From an uncultured Lachnospiraceae bacterium (GTDB lineage Bacteria; Bacillota; Clostridia; Lachnospirales; Lachnospiraceae), in NCBI GenBank assembly GCA_934317005.1, contig CAKREB010000008.1, positions 82,258 through 146,257 on the forward strand: 64,000 nt of DNA, in the 5' to 3' direction. Position numbers and translations under genes: made by a program. The notes under the pieces were generated by a model that ran no database searches, was not told the origin of the DNA, and worked only from the letters and a program-made list of their open reading frames with translations. The stretch's first letter is position 1; each line of letters opens with the position of its first letter. Shown one piece after another: positions 10,066 to 20,989 of this stretch.

Positions 10066-11244
10066 TTATTTCATAGAAGCAAAGACTTCGTCTAAGATAT
10101 CACAGCAGCTGTCAATATGTTCCTTTTTGATCACCAAAGGCGGTGCCATACGCACAACATTAGAGCCCGCTGTCAGGACAACCAGTCCCTTATCCATTGC
10201 CTTTTTGACCACATCACCATTTAAGCAGCTTACTTCCAAGCCGATCAAAAGTCCTTTTCCACGCACATCTGTGATCAGGGCAGGATACTTTTCAGACAGC
10301 TTCTTTAGCTTTGCAAAGAAATATTCTGAAAGCTCAGAAACCTTTTCTACGATATGTTCTTTTTCAAAGATTTCAAATACTTTGCAGACAGCTTTTGCAG
10401 CCAGAGGATTTCCACCATAGGTTGTACCATGATCACCCGGACACATTGCTTTTGCAAACTTTTCAACTGCTGCAAATGCTCCAACCGGCATGCCACAGCC
10501 AAGTGCTTTGGCACTGGTAATGATATCCGGCTTGATACCATAATGCTGATAAGCAAAAAGCTTTCCGGTACGTCCCATGCCGCACTGGATCTCATCTAAG
10601 ATCATAGCAATATCATTCTCATCACACAGCTTGCGGACACCGGTAATAAACTCTTCCGTTGCCGGATAGATACCGCCCTCTCCCTGTACAGTTTCCATAA
10701 TGATCGCACAGGTATCCTTTGTAATTAATTTTTTCACGCTCTCTAAATCATTGTAGTCTGCAAAAGAAACGCCACCGATCAAAGGCTCAAACGGATCACG
10801 GTAATGCTTTGTACCGGTAACCGAAAGTGCTCCCATCGAACGTCCGTGGAAGGAATGATTCATGGCAATGATCTCTCCCTTGCTGTTTTCATCCTTCAGA
10901 TATGCATATTTTCTTGCTAACTTAATTGCACCTTCAATTGCTTCTGTTCCACTGTTTGTAAAGAAAACCCGGTCCATACCGGATCCCTCTGCAAGATATT
11001 TTGCGGCAGTGATCACAGGTTCCGTATAATAAAGATTAGATACATGGATCAGTTTGTCAATCTGATCCTTTAATCCCTGTTTATATTCCTCGTTACTATA
11101 CCCCAATGCGGAAACAGCAATTCCTGCTCCCATATCCAGATACTTTTTTCCATTGTTATCAATCAGATAAACATCTTCGCCTCTGTCAAAAACAACAGAA
11201 CGATTATATGTATGAATTAAATGTTGTTCAAAATCATTTGTCAT
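10066..11244 (-). CDS. argD: Acetylornithine aminotransferase (class III PLP aminotransferase)
   Basis: 392 aa class-III aminotransferase motifs; directly downstream of argB. Confidence 0.8.
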   Translation of the reverse strand: MTNDFEQHLIHTYNRSVVFDRGEDVYLIDNNGKKYLDMGAGIAVSALGYSNEEYKQGLKDQIDKLIHVSNLYYTEPVITAAKYLAEGSGMDRVFFTNSGTEAIEGAIKLARKYAYLKDENSKGEIIAMNHSFHGRSMGALSVTGTKHYRDPFEPLIGGVSFADYNDLESVKKLITKDTCAIIMETVQGEGGIYPATEEFITGVRKLCDENDIAMILDEIQCGMGRTGKLFAYQHYGIKPDIITSAKALGCGMPVGAFAAVEKFAKAMCPGDHGTTYGGNPLAAKAVCKVFEIFEKEHIVEKVSELSEYFFAKLKKLSEKYPALITDVRGKGLLIGLEVSCLNGDVVKKAMDKGLVVLTAGSNVVRMAPPLVIKKEHIDSCCDILDEVFASMK

Positions 11245-11303
11245 AACTTACCTCATTTCTGCTGCGCAAAAAGCAGCTATTTTAATTTGCAAAAATTGCT
11301 TTG

Positions 11304-12227
11304 CTATGCGTTCTCTTTTTCACTGGCGTACGGTTCACTGTCATCACCGATGATAGCAGTACCAATACCCTTTTTCGTAAAGAACTCAAGTAACAGACAG
11401 TGATCTCTCCGGCCATCCAGGATATGTACACGGTTTACACCGTTATTGACTGCATGAATGCAGTTATTAACCTTTGGAAGCATACCGCCACTGATCACAT
11501 TGCTTTCAATGAGTTTATTTGCTTCGATTACATTTAATACCGGAATTAAGGAAGAAGAATCATCCGGATTCATGCAGACACCCTCAACATCTGTTAAGAA
11601 AGCAAGCTTTTCGGCACGGATCGCACCGGCAATAGCACATGCCGCATCGTCTGCATTGATATTATAGGTTTCTCCCTTGTCATCCATTCCAATCGGTGCA
11701 ATGATCGGAATATAATCATTTTCTAACAAAGTATCCAAAATATCGGTATCCACATGATCTACGTCACCAACATATCCAATGTCTTTTCCGTTTGGCATTT
11801 TCTTGGTTACATGAAGCATACCGCCATCCTTACCGGAAATACCGATTGCCTTGACACCAAGATGCTCTACCATCTGGACAAGATATTTATTTACACGGTT
11901 TAATACCATTTCTGCAATTTCCATCGTATCTTTATCTGTCACACGAAAGCCCTCTTCAAAATGGGTTTCCATTCCAACCTTATCCACCCATTTGCTAATC
12001 TCTTTTCCACCACCGTGAACGATGATCGGCTGCATACCAACCAATTTTAAAAGGGCAACGTCTTTGATCACACTCTCTTCTAATTTTTTATCTAACATGG
12101 CACTTCCACCATATTTTACGACAACTCTTTTTGAATTGAAATCACGTATATAAGGAAGCGCTTCTATAAGCGTTTCAGCTTTTACGGTAATCTGGTCTAA
12201 ATATTTTTCCTTTTCGTCTGTACTCAT
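11304..12227 (-). CDS. argB: Acetylglutamate kinase
   Basis: [10 protein letters not shown]...amino-acid kinase family; start at MSTDEK with a GGGAGG RBS. Confidence 0.85.
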   Translation of the reverse strand: MSTDEKEKYLDQITVKAETLIEALPYIRDFNSKRVVVKYGGSAMLDKKLEESVIKDVALLKLVGMQPIIVHGGGKEISKWVDKVGMETHFEEGFRVTDKDTMEIAEMVLNRVNKYLVQMVEHLGVKAIGISGKDGGMLHVTKKMPNGKDIGYVGDVDHVDTDILDTLLENDYIPIIAPIGMDDKGETYNINADDAACAIAGAIRAEKLAFLTDVEGVCMNPDDSSSLIPVLNVIEANKLIESNVISGGMLPKVNNCIHAVNNGVNRVHILDGRRDHCLLLEFFTKKGIGTAIIGDDSEPYASEKENA

Positions 12228-12439
12228 AATGACCTCCCATATTGTCTTCAATTTTTATCCATGATAACCTGACTTTTGCTATTATACGTCCATACTTATA
12301 ATTATGCAAGAGGTTTTTGTAAAAAATATTATTTCAAAAAGCAGCATTTTTATTAAAGTTCCATGCTATCACAACATAAATCAGTTACATTTGGAAATCA
12401 TCAAAGATTTTATTTCTTCATTTTTTCTCATAAAGCATA

Positions 12440-12475
12440 TTGCATATTTATTCATTTTGTTGTATATTTATTAAT
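12440..12475. promoter_or_regulatory. Two tandem ARG-box-like sites (candidate ArgR operator) in the divergent argB/argG intergenic region
   Basis: TTGCATATTTATTCAT (reverse complement ATGAATAAATATGCAA) and TTGTATATTTATTAAT, 4 bp apart, resemble TGAAT-N5-ATTCA. Confidence 0.35.
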
Positions 12476-12668
12476 AAGGGCAGGATAAGCAAATGCGTCA
12501 TACCATTACAGTTCTTACCTATATTAAGGAAAAAGAGCGTAATAGTTCCAAGAGTTTTTTGGAAAAAGCATTGCATTCATTGGCGAATCTGCTTATACTA
12601 CATATAAAGCATTATCGTTTACATTTTTGTAACCATAAAGCAAATACATATTTAGGAGGATTTTTCGA

Positions 12669-13895
12669 ATGAAAGAAAAAGTAATTCTCGCCTATTCCGG
12701 CGGATTGGACACAACTGCAATTATTCCCTGGTTGAAAGAAAACTATGATTACGAAGTAATCTGTGTTTGTATCGACGTAGGACAGGAAAGCGAGTTAGAT
12801 GGATTAGAGGAAAGAGCACTTTCCTGCGGAGCTTCCAAATTATATATCGAAGATGTTACAGATGAATTCTGTGATGATTATGTCGTTCCTTGCGTACAGG
12901 CAAACGCTATTTATGAAAACAAGTATCTTCTCGGTACTTCCATGGCTCGTCCCTTAATCGCAAAAAGACTGGTTGAGATTGCACGTAAAGAAGGCGCTAC
13001 AGCAATCTGTCATGGTGCTACCGGTAAGGGAAATGATCAGGTTCGTTTCGAACTCGGTATCAAGGCTCTTGCTCCTGACATCAAGATCATTGCTGCATGG
13101 AGAGATGACAACTGGACTATGGATTCCCGTGAATCTGAGATTGAATACTGCAGACAGCATGGTATTGATCTTCCATTCTCTGCTGACAACAGCTACAGCC
13201 GTGATAGAAACTTATGGCACATCAGCCATGAAGGTCTTGAGTTAGAAGATCCTGCCAATGCACCAAACTATGATCATCTTCTTGTATTAGGTGTTACCCC
13301 TGAGAAAGCACCTGATGAGGGCGAGATCGTTACTATGACATTTGAAAAGGGTGTTCCAAAGTCTGTCAACGGTAAGGAAATGAAAGTTTCTGATATTATC
13401 CGTACTTTAAATAAATTAGGCGGAAAGCATGGTATCGGTATCGTTGATATCGTTGAGAACCGTGTTGTTGGCATGAAGTCCCGCGGTGTATATGAAACTC
13501 CGGGTGGAACAATCTTAATGGAAGCACATCAGCAGTTAGAGGAACTGATTCTTGACCGTGATACTTACACAGCAAAGAAAGATATGGGCAACAAATTTGC
13601 TGATATCGTATACGAAGGAAAGTGGTTTACTCCTCTTCGTGAAGCTGAGCAGGCATTTATCGAGTCTACACAGAAGTATGTAACAGGTGAAGTTAAGTTC
13701 AAGCTTTACAAAGGAAATATCATCAAAATGGGTACAACTTCTCCATACTCTATCTACAGTGAGTCAATTGCTTCCTTTACAACCGGAGAGCTTTACAACC
13801 ATAAGGATGCAGAAGGCTTCATTAATCTGTTCGGACTTTCTTCTAAAGTTCGTGCTATGAAGCAGGGACCATTCGTTGAATTAAACGATAAATAA
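12669..13895 (+). CDS. argG: Argininosuccinate synthase
   Basis: [11 protein letters not shown]-loop, 408 aa. Confidence 0.9.
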   Translation: MKEKVILAYSGGLDTTAIIPWLKENYDYEVICVCIDVGQESELDGLEERALSCGASKLYIEDVTDEFCDDYVVPCVQANAIYENKYLLGTSMARPLIAKRLVEIARKEGATAICHGATGKGNDQVRFELGIKALAPDIKIIAAWRDDNWTMDSRESEIEYCRQHGIDLPFSADNSYSRDRNLWHISHEGLELEDPANAPNYDHLLVLGVTPEKAPDEGEIVTMTFEKGVPKSVNGKEMKVSDIIRTLNKLGGKHGIGIVDIVENRVVGMKSRGVYETPGGTILMEAHQQLEELILDRDTYTAKKDMGNKFADIVYEGKWFTPLREAEQAFIESTQKYVTGEVKFKLYKGNIIKMGTTSPYSIYSESIASFTTGELYNHKDAEGFINLFGLSSKVRAMKQGPFVELNDK

Positions 13896-13930
13896 TCTGA
13901 TTTTTGTTTAAGACAAAATCTTCTAAAGCC

Positions 13931-13966
13931 AAGGGAGAATGCCAGCGCATTCTCCCTTGTATTTTA
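13931..13966 (+). terminator. Rho-independent terminator after argG
   Basis: AAGGGAGAATGC-cagc-GCATTCTCCCTT followed by a T-rich tract. Confidence 0.6.
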
Positions 13967-14052
13967 TATATTTAGTTTAAAAATATCATGTGCCAATAAT
14001 AAGATATCAAAGAGTCTTTTCTTTAGACGGCTTTAGCAGTTTACGATTACAG

Positions 14053-14622
14053 CTACAGCCATGCCCGTAATCCCTGCATAACTCTCGAAACCGGTAATCC
14101 CACAACATTATAGTAATCTCCTACAATTTCTTCAATATATTCTGCAAAACATCCTTGAATTCCATAGGCTCCTGCCTTATCCATACAGTCGCCGGTAGCA
14201 ATATAACCCAGTATCTGCTCCTCACTCATTGGAAACACCTTCACCTCTGTCTTTACCGAAAACACTTCCCTTGTCATTTTATCCTGTTCAAAGCGCAGCA
14301 ATGCCACACCGGAATATACCTCATGGGAAGTTCCCTGCAGGCTCTGCAGCATTTCAAATGCCTGCGCCTCATCATGCGGTTTTCCCAAAATTTTGTTATC
14401 CTTTGCCACAACCGTATCTGAGCCGATCACAATATAGTTTCCGGATAAGTTTTTTGCTACACTTTCTGCCTTTTGTTCTGCCAAAGCTTCCACAACCTTT
14501 GCCGGCTCTGTTTCATGACAGATTTCCTCGTTTGTACTTGGAATAATTTCAAACGAAAGTCCGACCTGCTCTAACAGTTCCTTACGTCTTGGAGAAGCCG
14601 AAGCTAAAATAATTCGTTTCAT
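14053..14622 (-). CDS. maf: Maf-family nucleoside triphosphate pyrophosphatase (septum formation protein Maf)
   Basis: MKRIILASASPRRKELL N-terminus typical of Maf; internal ATG with an RBS. Confidence 0.75.
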   Translation of the reverse strand: MKRIILASASPRRKELLEQVGLSFEIIPSTNEEICHETEPAKVVEALAEQKAESVAKNLSGNYIVIGSDTVVAKDNKILGKPHDEAQAFEMLQSLQGTSHEVYSGVALLRFEQDKMTREVFSVKTEVKVFPMSEEQILGYIATGDCMDKAGAYGIQGCFAEYIEEIVGDYYNVVGLPVSRVMQGLRAWL

Positions 14623-14725
14623 ATAGTCCCCCATTTCTAAGCGTTTGTCGCCAAAAAAACTGAAACAAAATCTGCCCAAGCGATCATCAGTCAACCTGAC
14701 AGCAAATCCTTTTTTCTCACACAGC

Positions 14726-15439
14726 CTATTTTCCTCGAAGCAGGGAAGGTTCTCCCTCTATATGGGCATAGTCATTAAAACGATCTAAGAAAAATACGTT
14801 TTTTTCTTCATCGTAATGGATCTGTGTAATACTGCAATTTTCCAGTGAAGTTCCAAACTGCAGCCTTCTGCAAAAATCACCCCCAAACAATGCACATAGC
14901 AAGATCCGGATCACTCCGCCATGCGTAACAACAGCAATCTGCTTTGCATCACTTTCCAGCCATTCTTTTACAACAGGCATGACACGTTCTAAAACCATCG
15001 CACCATTTTCTCCATTTGGATACCACATCTCTTCCAAAGGAACCATAAACTCTCCTACGAACGGCTTCACCTGATCAAATGCCGAACCCTTTGAAAACTC
15101 CTGCTCCTTTGTATCAAAAAGTTTTCTCTGCCTTTCATAGTACTGCGCATAATATTTCTTTACCTCGGGATCCGGCTGTCCTGTCAGCTCTCCAAAGTCA
15201 ACCTCTGCAAGACCTTCACGAATCTGATGCTTCGCTAAAAGCGTCTGATTCTGTGCGAAGGCAATCTTAGCCGTTTCCACTGCACGGATCAGATTGCTGG
15301 AATAAAGTGCATCGATCGGATACTGCTGCATCCGGACGCCTAAAAGCTCTGCCTGACGTATGCCGGCCTTTGCAAGTGGAACATTCACATTACAGTCAGA
15401 ACTACTCTGTCTGCCATGACGAATCAAATAAATGATCAT
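14726..15439 (-). CDS. Histidine phosphatase family protein (phosphoglycerate-mutase-like)
   Basis: IYLIRHGRQ RHG motif at the N-terminus; 237 aa. Confidence 0.7.
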   Translation of the reverse strand: MIIYLIRHGRQSSSDCNVNVPLAKAGIRQAELLGVRMQQYPIDALYSSNLIRAVETAKIAFAQNQTLLAKHQIREGLAEVDFGELTGQPDPEVKKYYAQYYERQRKLFDTKEQEFSKGSAFDQVKPFVGEFMVPLEEMWYPNGENGAMVLERVMPVVKEWLESDAKQIAVVTHGGVIRILLCALFGGDFCRRLQFGTSLENCSITQIHYDEEKNVFFLDRFNDYAHIEGEPSLLRGK

Positions 15440-15466
15440 ACGAACAAATCCTTTCCGTGTATGCTT

Positions 15467-16318
15467 TTACTTTTTCTTGTCTTGTTTTATCTCCTTTAAA
15501 AGAGTCCGGTACGATACTTTAGAAACCGGAATAATATCGGAAGAAAAAAGAGTATCGTCATACAACAGATCATCCTTTTTCTGTTCGGAACAGATTGTTT
15601 CATAAATAGCTTTCCGATTGGTATAGTCTGTATTTTTTGCCTCACGGTCAATGTTGGCATGAAGACAAAAACCATCCAGCCAGTTATTTTGTACTTCTTC
15701 CCAACTGCTAAAATGTTCCTTCAAACGCTTAGCGGCTGGCTCCATCAAAGCCTGTGCCTCCTCACGCTCCAGATATCCCGCAACATATCCCCATTGAACC
15801 AGATGAGAAACCCGGCACATATCCCATGCAACTAATCCCTTTTCCCTCCAGGTTTTCCAGTTGTATTGTACCATCTGATAATGTGCCAGAAGGGAACCGC
15901 TTAACTGCTTCATAGCTGTCTTTAAATCCTTTTTAGACATCCGGTTCATTTCTTTAGCTTCTTTTCGATAACCTTTTCGATCTCCGGTCGTAAGCAGTGT
16001 TTTGATCTGCTTTAACAGATCAACACGATCTTTTATGCCCCAACTCTGCTTTAAAATATTTATTGCAGCATTTTTGTTATCGTCTGTTGTTTCATAACCA
16101 CCAAAATAATATGGATTTCCATCATTGATATAGATCAACACGGAACCGGCAGCACGTGTCCAGAGTCCGAGATTCGACTCCTTCTCTTCGTTATGATCTG
16201 CCACTGCCTTCGTAGGAACCGGAGTTGCCTGTTCCTTTTTGGCACTCTGCGAACACCCGCTAAGAGAACTGACTGCCAAAGCAGCCGCACAAAGTACAGA
16301 GAGTAACTTCTTTTTCAT
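15467..16318 (-). CDS. Lipoprotein, probable DUF1266 family
   Basis: Signal peptide + LSGCSQ lipobox; AWDMCRVSHLVQWGYVAGYL...SWEEVQNNWLDG pattern. Confidence 0.4.
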   Translation of the reverse strand: MKKKLLSVLCAAALAVSSLSGCSQSAKKEQATPVPTKAVADHNEEKESNLGLWTRAAGSVLIYINDGNPYYFGGYETTDDNKNAAINILKQSWGIKDRVDLLKQIKTLLTTGDRKGYRKEAKEMNRMSKKDLKTAMKQLSGSLLAHYQMVQYNWKTWREKGLVAWDMCRVSHLVQWGYVAGYLEREEAQALMEPAAKRLKEHFSSWEEVQNNWLDGFCLHANIDREAKNTDYTNRKAIYETICSEQKKDDLLYDDTLFSSDIIPVSKVSYRTLLKEIKQDKKK

Positions 16319-16336
16319 ATTCCTCTTCCTATCTGA

Positions 16337-17260
16337 TTAATCGTTCTGAATCATTTCTAATATTGTATTTAACTCATTTCCCTCTGCCGGAGCTTCTCCA
16401 AGATCAGCAGCACTTCCATCCTCTTTTAACTGATGCAGATGGTAGCCTTCTTCGCCCTTATTTACGATCGCATAATACCATATCTGATTTGTTTCACGAT
16501 TCCATGCAAAATAAACGGTTGAACATGTACTCGCAGCATGATGCTCTTGCGGCATCGTAATCTGCACTAAAAGTAACGCTTCACTGATATTTAAGGAAAT
16601 AAACTCAAAGTCATCCTCTGTATAAGGATTTGCGACCTCTGTCGTATACAGCTCATCATACAGCTCTTTCATGTAAGCGCCCTGCTTATCGCAAAGCTTT
16701 GTAATAAATTCTTCCTTCTGGTCAAATAAATGTTTTGGAAGATAGAAAGACTCCATCTTACTACGTGTCAAAATATGGAACTGTTCGATCGTCACCTTGA
16801 TTTCCTTCTTGTCAGTCGGCTTCTGATTGACCTGATAGATTACATTTTGTGTAAATGCATTGATAACAATTCCTTCCAGATCTGCATGTTCTTTTAAAAG
16901 CTTTTCACATGCCTGAAATTCCATATTTAATGTTAATGGAAAACGTGGAGCCTTCTGATTCTTTCTTAGCTCCTCCTCCGAAGTAAAGACCGCAAGGAAA
17001 CGCTTCTTCTTATCATTTTCCAAAATACATGGCTGTGGATGTGCTCCTGCCGGAACTGCGAGTTCCTTTCCCGGATTTTGCATCATCTGGCGCATGATTG
17101 CCGGGTCTGTATCCTTTGGCATAATCGCCGGCACGATCACTGTAGATGCCTTCAAAAGCTGTACAAACTCATCCGAATGCTCTTTCTGTGAGTTTCCGTT
17201 TTCCTTCATCTTAGTTAACATCGCTTCTAATTTCTCATTTCTTCCCATATTCATCCTCAT
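16337..17260 (-). CDS. Hypothetical protein with an SseB-like N-terminal domain
   Basis: 307 aa soluble; LLKASTVIVPAI...RFLAVFTSEEEL resembles the SseB family N-terminus. Confidence 0.35.
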   Translation of the reverse strand: MRMNMGRNEKLEAMLTKMKENGNSQKEHSDEFVQLLKASTVIVPAIMPKDTDPAIMRQMMQNPGKELAVPAGAHPQPCILENDKKKRFLAVFTSEEELRKNQKAPRFPLTLNMEFQACEKLLKEHADLEGIVINAFTQNVIYQVNQKPTDKKEIKVTIEQFHILTRSKMESFYLPKHLFDQKEEFITKLCDKQGAYMKELYDELYTTEVANPYTEDDFEFISLNISEALLLVQITMPQEHHAASTCSTVYFAWNRETNQIWYYAIVNKGEEGYHLHQLKEDGSAADLGEAPAEGNELNTILEMIQND

Positions 17261-17287
17261 TCCTGCACTACTTATCTGTGCTCTTTT

Positions 17288-20044
17288 TTATTTCATAGAA
17301 AACAACTGCTTCATCTTCGTCTTATCCCGATCACTATAATAGCCATACTGCAGATACTCATAATTTTGCAGCAGTTCTTTCACGGTATCTGTTTCATCCG
17401 TATCATACTTCTGCCAGTTACCGGATTCATCCATATATCCGTTTACATTCATAACCGGAATCTGCTGTGATACCTTTTCGATATACTGATTATATAAAGG
17501 CAGCTCCAATCCCGCCTGCTTTAATAGCATATTTTCCAGATAGTTGTTGCTGACAACGGCATTTCTGCTTTCCTGAATATCATAATTTGCCCAGATTACA
17601 AATGGTGTGACATAACGCTTCTGAATGTCATCCAGATTCCATTCACTCTGCTTTTTCTTTAAAAGCTCTTCATAGAACGCAACTTCAATGGATGGCTGGT
17701 GATCTCCAAACATACAGATGATCGTAGGTTCATCCTGCTTTTCAAAGTAGTCGACCAGATACTGAAAAGCATCATCCGATACCTTTGTAGCAGATAAGAA
17801 CTCTTTCGCCTCTTCATAGTAAGAGCCTTTCACATAAACAGGATCATCCCATTTTGTATTCGTAAGATAACCGCCATGATTCTGAATGGTCATATCAAAG
17901 GTAAACAGTGGCGTTCCCTTTTTCTTATTCTCGTATAACTCGATTACTTTTTTGTAGCTTTCTTTGTCGCTGATATAACGGACATACTCTGGATTTTTGA
18001 AATCCTCTATCGTGATGAACTTATCAAAACGCATACTTTTGTATGTGTTGATTCGATTCCAGTTTGCACCACTACTTGGATGAACTGCCATCGTGCTATA
18101 GCCAAGTGACTTTAAGTAATAGGCAAGTGAAAATGTTGAATCATGCATAAACTGCTGATATACATTACATCCGCTAGGGAAAAACTTCATCGTATTTCCG
18201 GTCATGGCCTCAAACTCGGAATTACTTGTTCCAGCGCCATAAATCGAAACATAATCTTTTCCATAGATGGTATTCTTCTTCATGCTGTGCAGGAAAGAAA
18301 GCGGATCACGATTGTAGTTTGTCTGACCGATCAGATCATAGTCAGCAAGACTTTCATTCATGATCAAAATGATATTCGGCTTTTTCCCATTCAACACTTT
18401 ATTTGTCGTAAAATCTTTATTGGTTACAACCTTCTTTTCCGCAATACTATTGTCTGCAGCCGTATTTTCTTTTTTATCTTCTTTCTTATAATCCTCTAAA
18501 ATCTTTTCCACCTTTGCCTCAGAATAACCGGAAGGCTTGGATACGGTCAGATAATGAATATTAATAAAGAAGTTCATATAAAACCCGTTTGTTTTGCAGG
18601 AAGCGACTTTATTCCAGACATTATCGGTAATCTGAACAGTTTCCAACAGCGGTGTATTATATAACACTCCCACTGTAACACAAGACAGTACAACCGGTGT
18701 CAGACGCTTCACTACTTTCTTACGAAGCTCCGTAGTCTTTTTCTTTTTGCTCATACGGCAGATCAAAAAGCACCACAGAATAAAGGCAGGCAGCATAACA
18801 AACTGCGATGGTGTCAATGATATGGTATACGTGCTTGCCACCTCTGTTGCCGTTCCCAGTGCCATCAGATCCGAAGGCAGAAATGGCGTTCCACGTACAT
18901 TCATAAGCACAAGATTAGCAAGTCCTGCCGGAAACGCGATGCAGTTTAAGATTAAAATCGCAATGTTCATATTTCCGATCAATGCAAATAATATAAACTG
19001 CAACGCCAAAAGCAGAATCCATGTAAAGATCCAGACATTCGGCCCCATATTCAATAAATTATCGTTCATCAGCTCAATGCAGAACATAACAAACAAAGGA
19101 TTTAGCACGATCATGCCAATCCGGACACGATGTATAAACTTAGGCTCTACCAGACACCATTTTACAAATGCCTTGATAGAAAATGATTTTTTGTCTTTTT
19201 GCAGTTGTTCCTTATTCTTCTTATGCTTCATCTTCTGAAGCTTCTTTTCCTTCTGCTCATCCATTGTATTGGAACGGGAATAACGAACCTTCGCAGCAAC
19301 ATTTTTGCTATGCGCGCGTTTTTGCTTTGCCTTTTCTTCTAACTGCTTTGCTTTTTCCTTCTGACGTTCACTCTTTTTCTTTTTCTTACGCAAAAGAGCA
19401 CCATATTCGGTGACGCGCTCAAAGCACAAAATAAACAGCAGCGCAAACTCAACCAAAATTGCCACAATAGGGAAAATCTGACGATAATAATACGTATACG
19501 AGATATTCAGACACTTTTTCCTAGTCTGCATCTTTAGCGTAGACATATACGTGTTAGGATCTGTACGATTTGTCGTATTCAAAGTTGGAATCGTATCATA
19601 TTCCCTATTCTTGGAACTACAGCTGATCTTAATACAGCATGTAACCCCTTTCGGAATCGTTACCGTGTAATCCATAGGAATACGGTAGGATGCGTTCGGT
19701 GTGATCTTATCTACCGGAACCGTCGTTTCATATACAATATTACTATCCCCATCCAACATCTGGATATTTAAGTTATCGCCCACTTCCTTGCGCTCAAAAG
19801 AGCCGAAGCTTAGCGCAAATTCCTTTAATATTACCTTACGCTTAAATTGAAACTTCTGCCGTACAAGCTCTGTTTTATCTAAGATACCAATTACAGCACT
19901 CTCCGAGTTACCAGCCTCTGCCGTAACTTTTTGACGTGCCACCAAAGAACCGGTTAAAATGATCTGAAGAGCAAGAATCAGTACAGTAAGAATAGAAAAT
20001 GTCAAAATTCTCTTTTTAGTAAATCGAAAATACTTCTGTATCAT
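17288..20044 (-). CDS. LTA synthase family sulfatase (LtaS-like) with an extra N-terminal extracytoplasmic domain and a lysine-rich cytoplasmic segment
   Basis: 918 aa; TM, 150-aa domain, TM, KKKKKSERQKEKAKQLEEKAKQK, 4-5 TM, then a sulfatase domain with NIILIMNESLADYDLIG. Confidence 0.7.
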   Translation of the reverse strand: MIQKYFRFTKKRILTFSILTVLILALQIILTGSLVARQKVTAEAGNSESAVIGILDKTELVRQKFQFKRKVILKEFALSFGSFERKEVGDNLNIQMLDGDSNIVYETTVPVDKITPNASYRIPMDYTVTIPKGVTCCIKISCSSKNREYDTIPTLNTTNRTDPNTYMSTLKMQTRKKCLNISYTYYYRQIFPIVAILVEFALLFILCFERVTEYGALLRKKKKKSERQKEKAKQLEEKAKQKRAHSKNVAAKVRYSRSNTMDEQKEKKLQKMKHKKNKEQLQKDKKSFSIKAFVKWCLVEPKFIHRVRIGMIVLNPLFVMFCIELMNDNLLNMGPNVWIFTWILLLALQFILFALIGNMNIAILILNCIAFPAGLANLVLMNVRGTPFLPSDLMALGTATEVASTYTISLTPSQFVMLPAFILWCFLICRMSKKKKTTELRKKVVKRLTPVVLSCVTVGVLYNTPLLETVQITDNVWNKVASCKTNGFYMNFFINIHYLTVSKPSGYSEAKVEKILEDYKKEDKKENTAADNSIAEKKVVTNKDFTTNKVLNGKKPNIILIMNESLADYDLIGQTNYNRDPLSFLHSMKKNTIYGKDYVSIYGAGTSNSEFEAMTGNTMKFFPSGCNVYQQFMHDSTFSLAYYLKSLGYSTMAVHPSSGANWNRINTYKSMRFDKFITIEDFKNPEYVRYISDKESYKKVIELYENKKKGTPLFTFDMTIQNHGGYLTNTKWDDPVYVKGSYYEEAKEFLSATKVSDDAFQYLVDYFEKQDEPTIICMFGDHQPSIEVAFYEELLKKKQSEWNLDDIQKRYVTPFVIWANYDIQESRNAVVSNNYLENMLLKQAGLELPLYNQYIEKVSQQIPVMNVNGYMDESGNWQKYDTDETDTVKELLQNYEYLQYGYYSDRDKTKMKQLFSMK

Positions 20045-20086
20045 AATAAAATCTCCATTTCTGAATAATTTTTGTCGTTTCTTTTC

Positions 20087-20971
20087 TTAATCCTTTTCTT
20101 TCTTTTCCTCTTCCAGATTGCTAAGCTTCTTCGTTGCAAATGCCCAGTTCTTTTCCTCTATAGTTGGTGCCGTTTTACGACGCTCTTCTTCCCTCTTTTT
20201 CTCGCTGATGCCCATTTTCTTATAAATATCTGAAGCAAATAATGCTGCAATGATCACAACAGCCAGAAGAAGCAGAATAGAAACCAGATGTGGAATCCAT
20301 TTGCTGTAATATAATCCTGATGGAAGATACGATGCAAAATGAAGCCCCATCGCAATCAAAAGTAAACGTTTTGTCAGTGCCTTATTGCGGTATGCCTGGA
20401 ACACCAGAACAGACAGAGCAATCTGTAAGGCAAAAAACAAAATACCGGATACAGCATCCAAAACACAATCTAATACAGTCAGACTGCTTAAGCTTTTTGC
20501 AGCCGCCTTTGGGAAGCTTGCAGCACCCTCACCACCACTATTTAAGATTGCACCACCCATATAGTTTACAAGGCTTGTCCAGCCCACAACGATCATACAC
20601 TCTACACCACCATGACCAATGCCGTATGTAATCGCAGTCTGTCGGTTTTCTCCATATTGGGGCAGGAAAAAGCGAAAAGCCAGATAACGTCCTGCTTCCT
20701 CAAAAATTGCCGCAGCAATTCCCTGATACACAGCATAGAGCATTTCATTGGAACGGATCAGCTTTGATACCGGATTACTCCATCCGACAAAAAATGCAAA
20801 TGGAATAGACTCTAACAATTTTGCAAACAACACAAAAACTAATGCGCCTGCCAAAGCAGGAAGCAGATTCTTCTTTGTCCGAAGTCTCCATGCCAATAAA
20901 ATCACAACCGGAAAAACAAAGCTTAAAACGCCTATTTCCATCAGAAAATCCATCACGGGTGTAGAAATCAT
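20087..20971 (-). CDS. CPBP-family intramembrane glutamic endopeptidase (CAAX protease / Abi family)
   Basis: 8 TM; FEEAGRYLAFRF (EExxxR), GIGHGGVE and HF motifs; K/E-rich C-terminal tail. Confidence 0.7.
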   Translation of the reverse strand: MISTPVMDFLMEIGVLSFVFPVVILLAWRLRTKKNLLPALAGALVFVLFAKLLESIPFAFFVGWSNPVSKLIRSNEMLYAVYQGIAAAIFEEAGRYLAFRFFLPQYGENRQTAITYGIGHGGVECMIVVGWTSLVNYMGGAILNSGGEGAASFPKAAAKSLSSLTVLDCVLDAVSGILFFALQIALSVLVFQAYRNKALTKRLLLIAMGLHFASYLPSGLYYSKWIPHLVSILLLLAVVIIAALFASDIYKKMGISEKKREEERRKTAPTIEEKNWAFATKKLSNLEEEKKEKD

Positions 20972-20989
20972 AAATTTAAAACCTCTCTT

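Noticed and set aside
12493-12636. 47-codon ORF (MRHTITVLTYIKEKER...) in the arg intergenic region
   Set aside because: No RBS and low-complexity composition; likely non-coding promoter/operator DNA.
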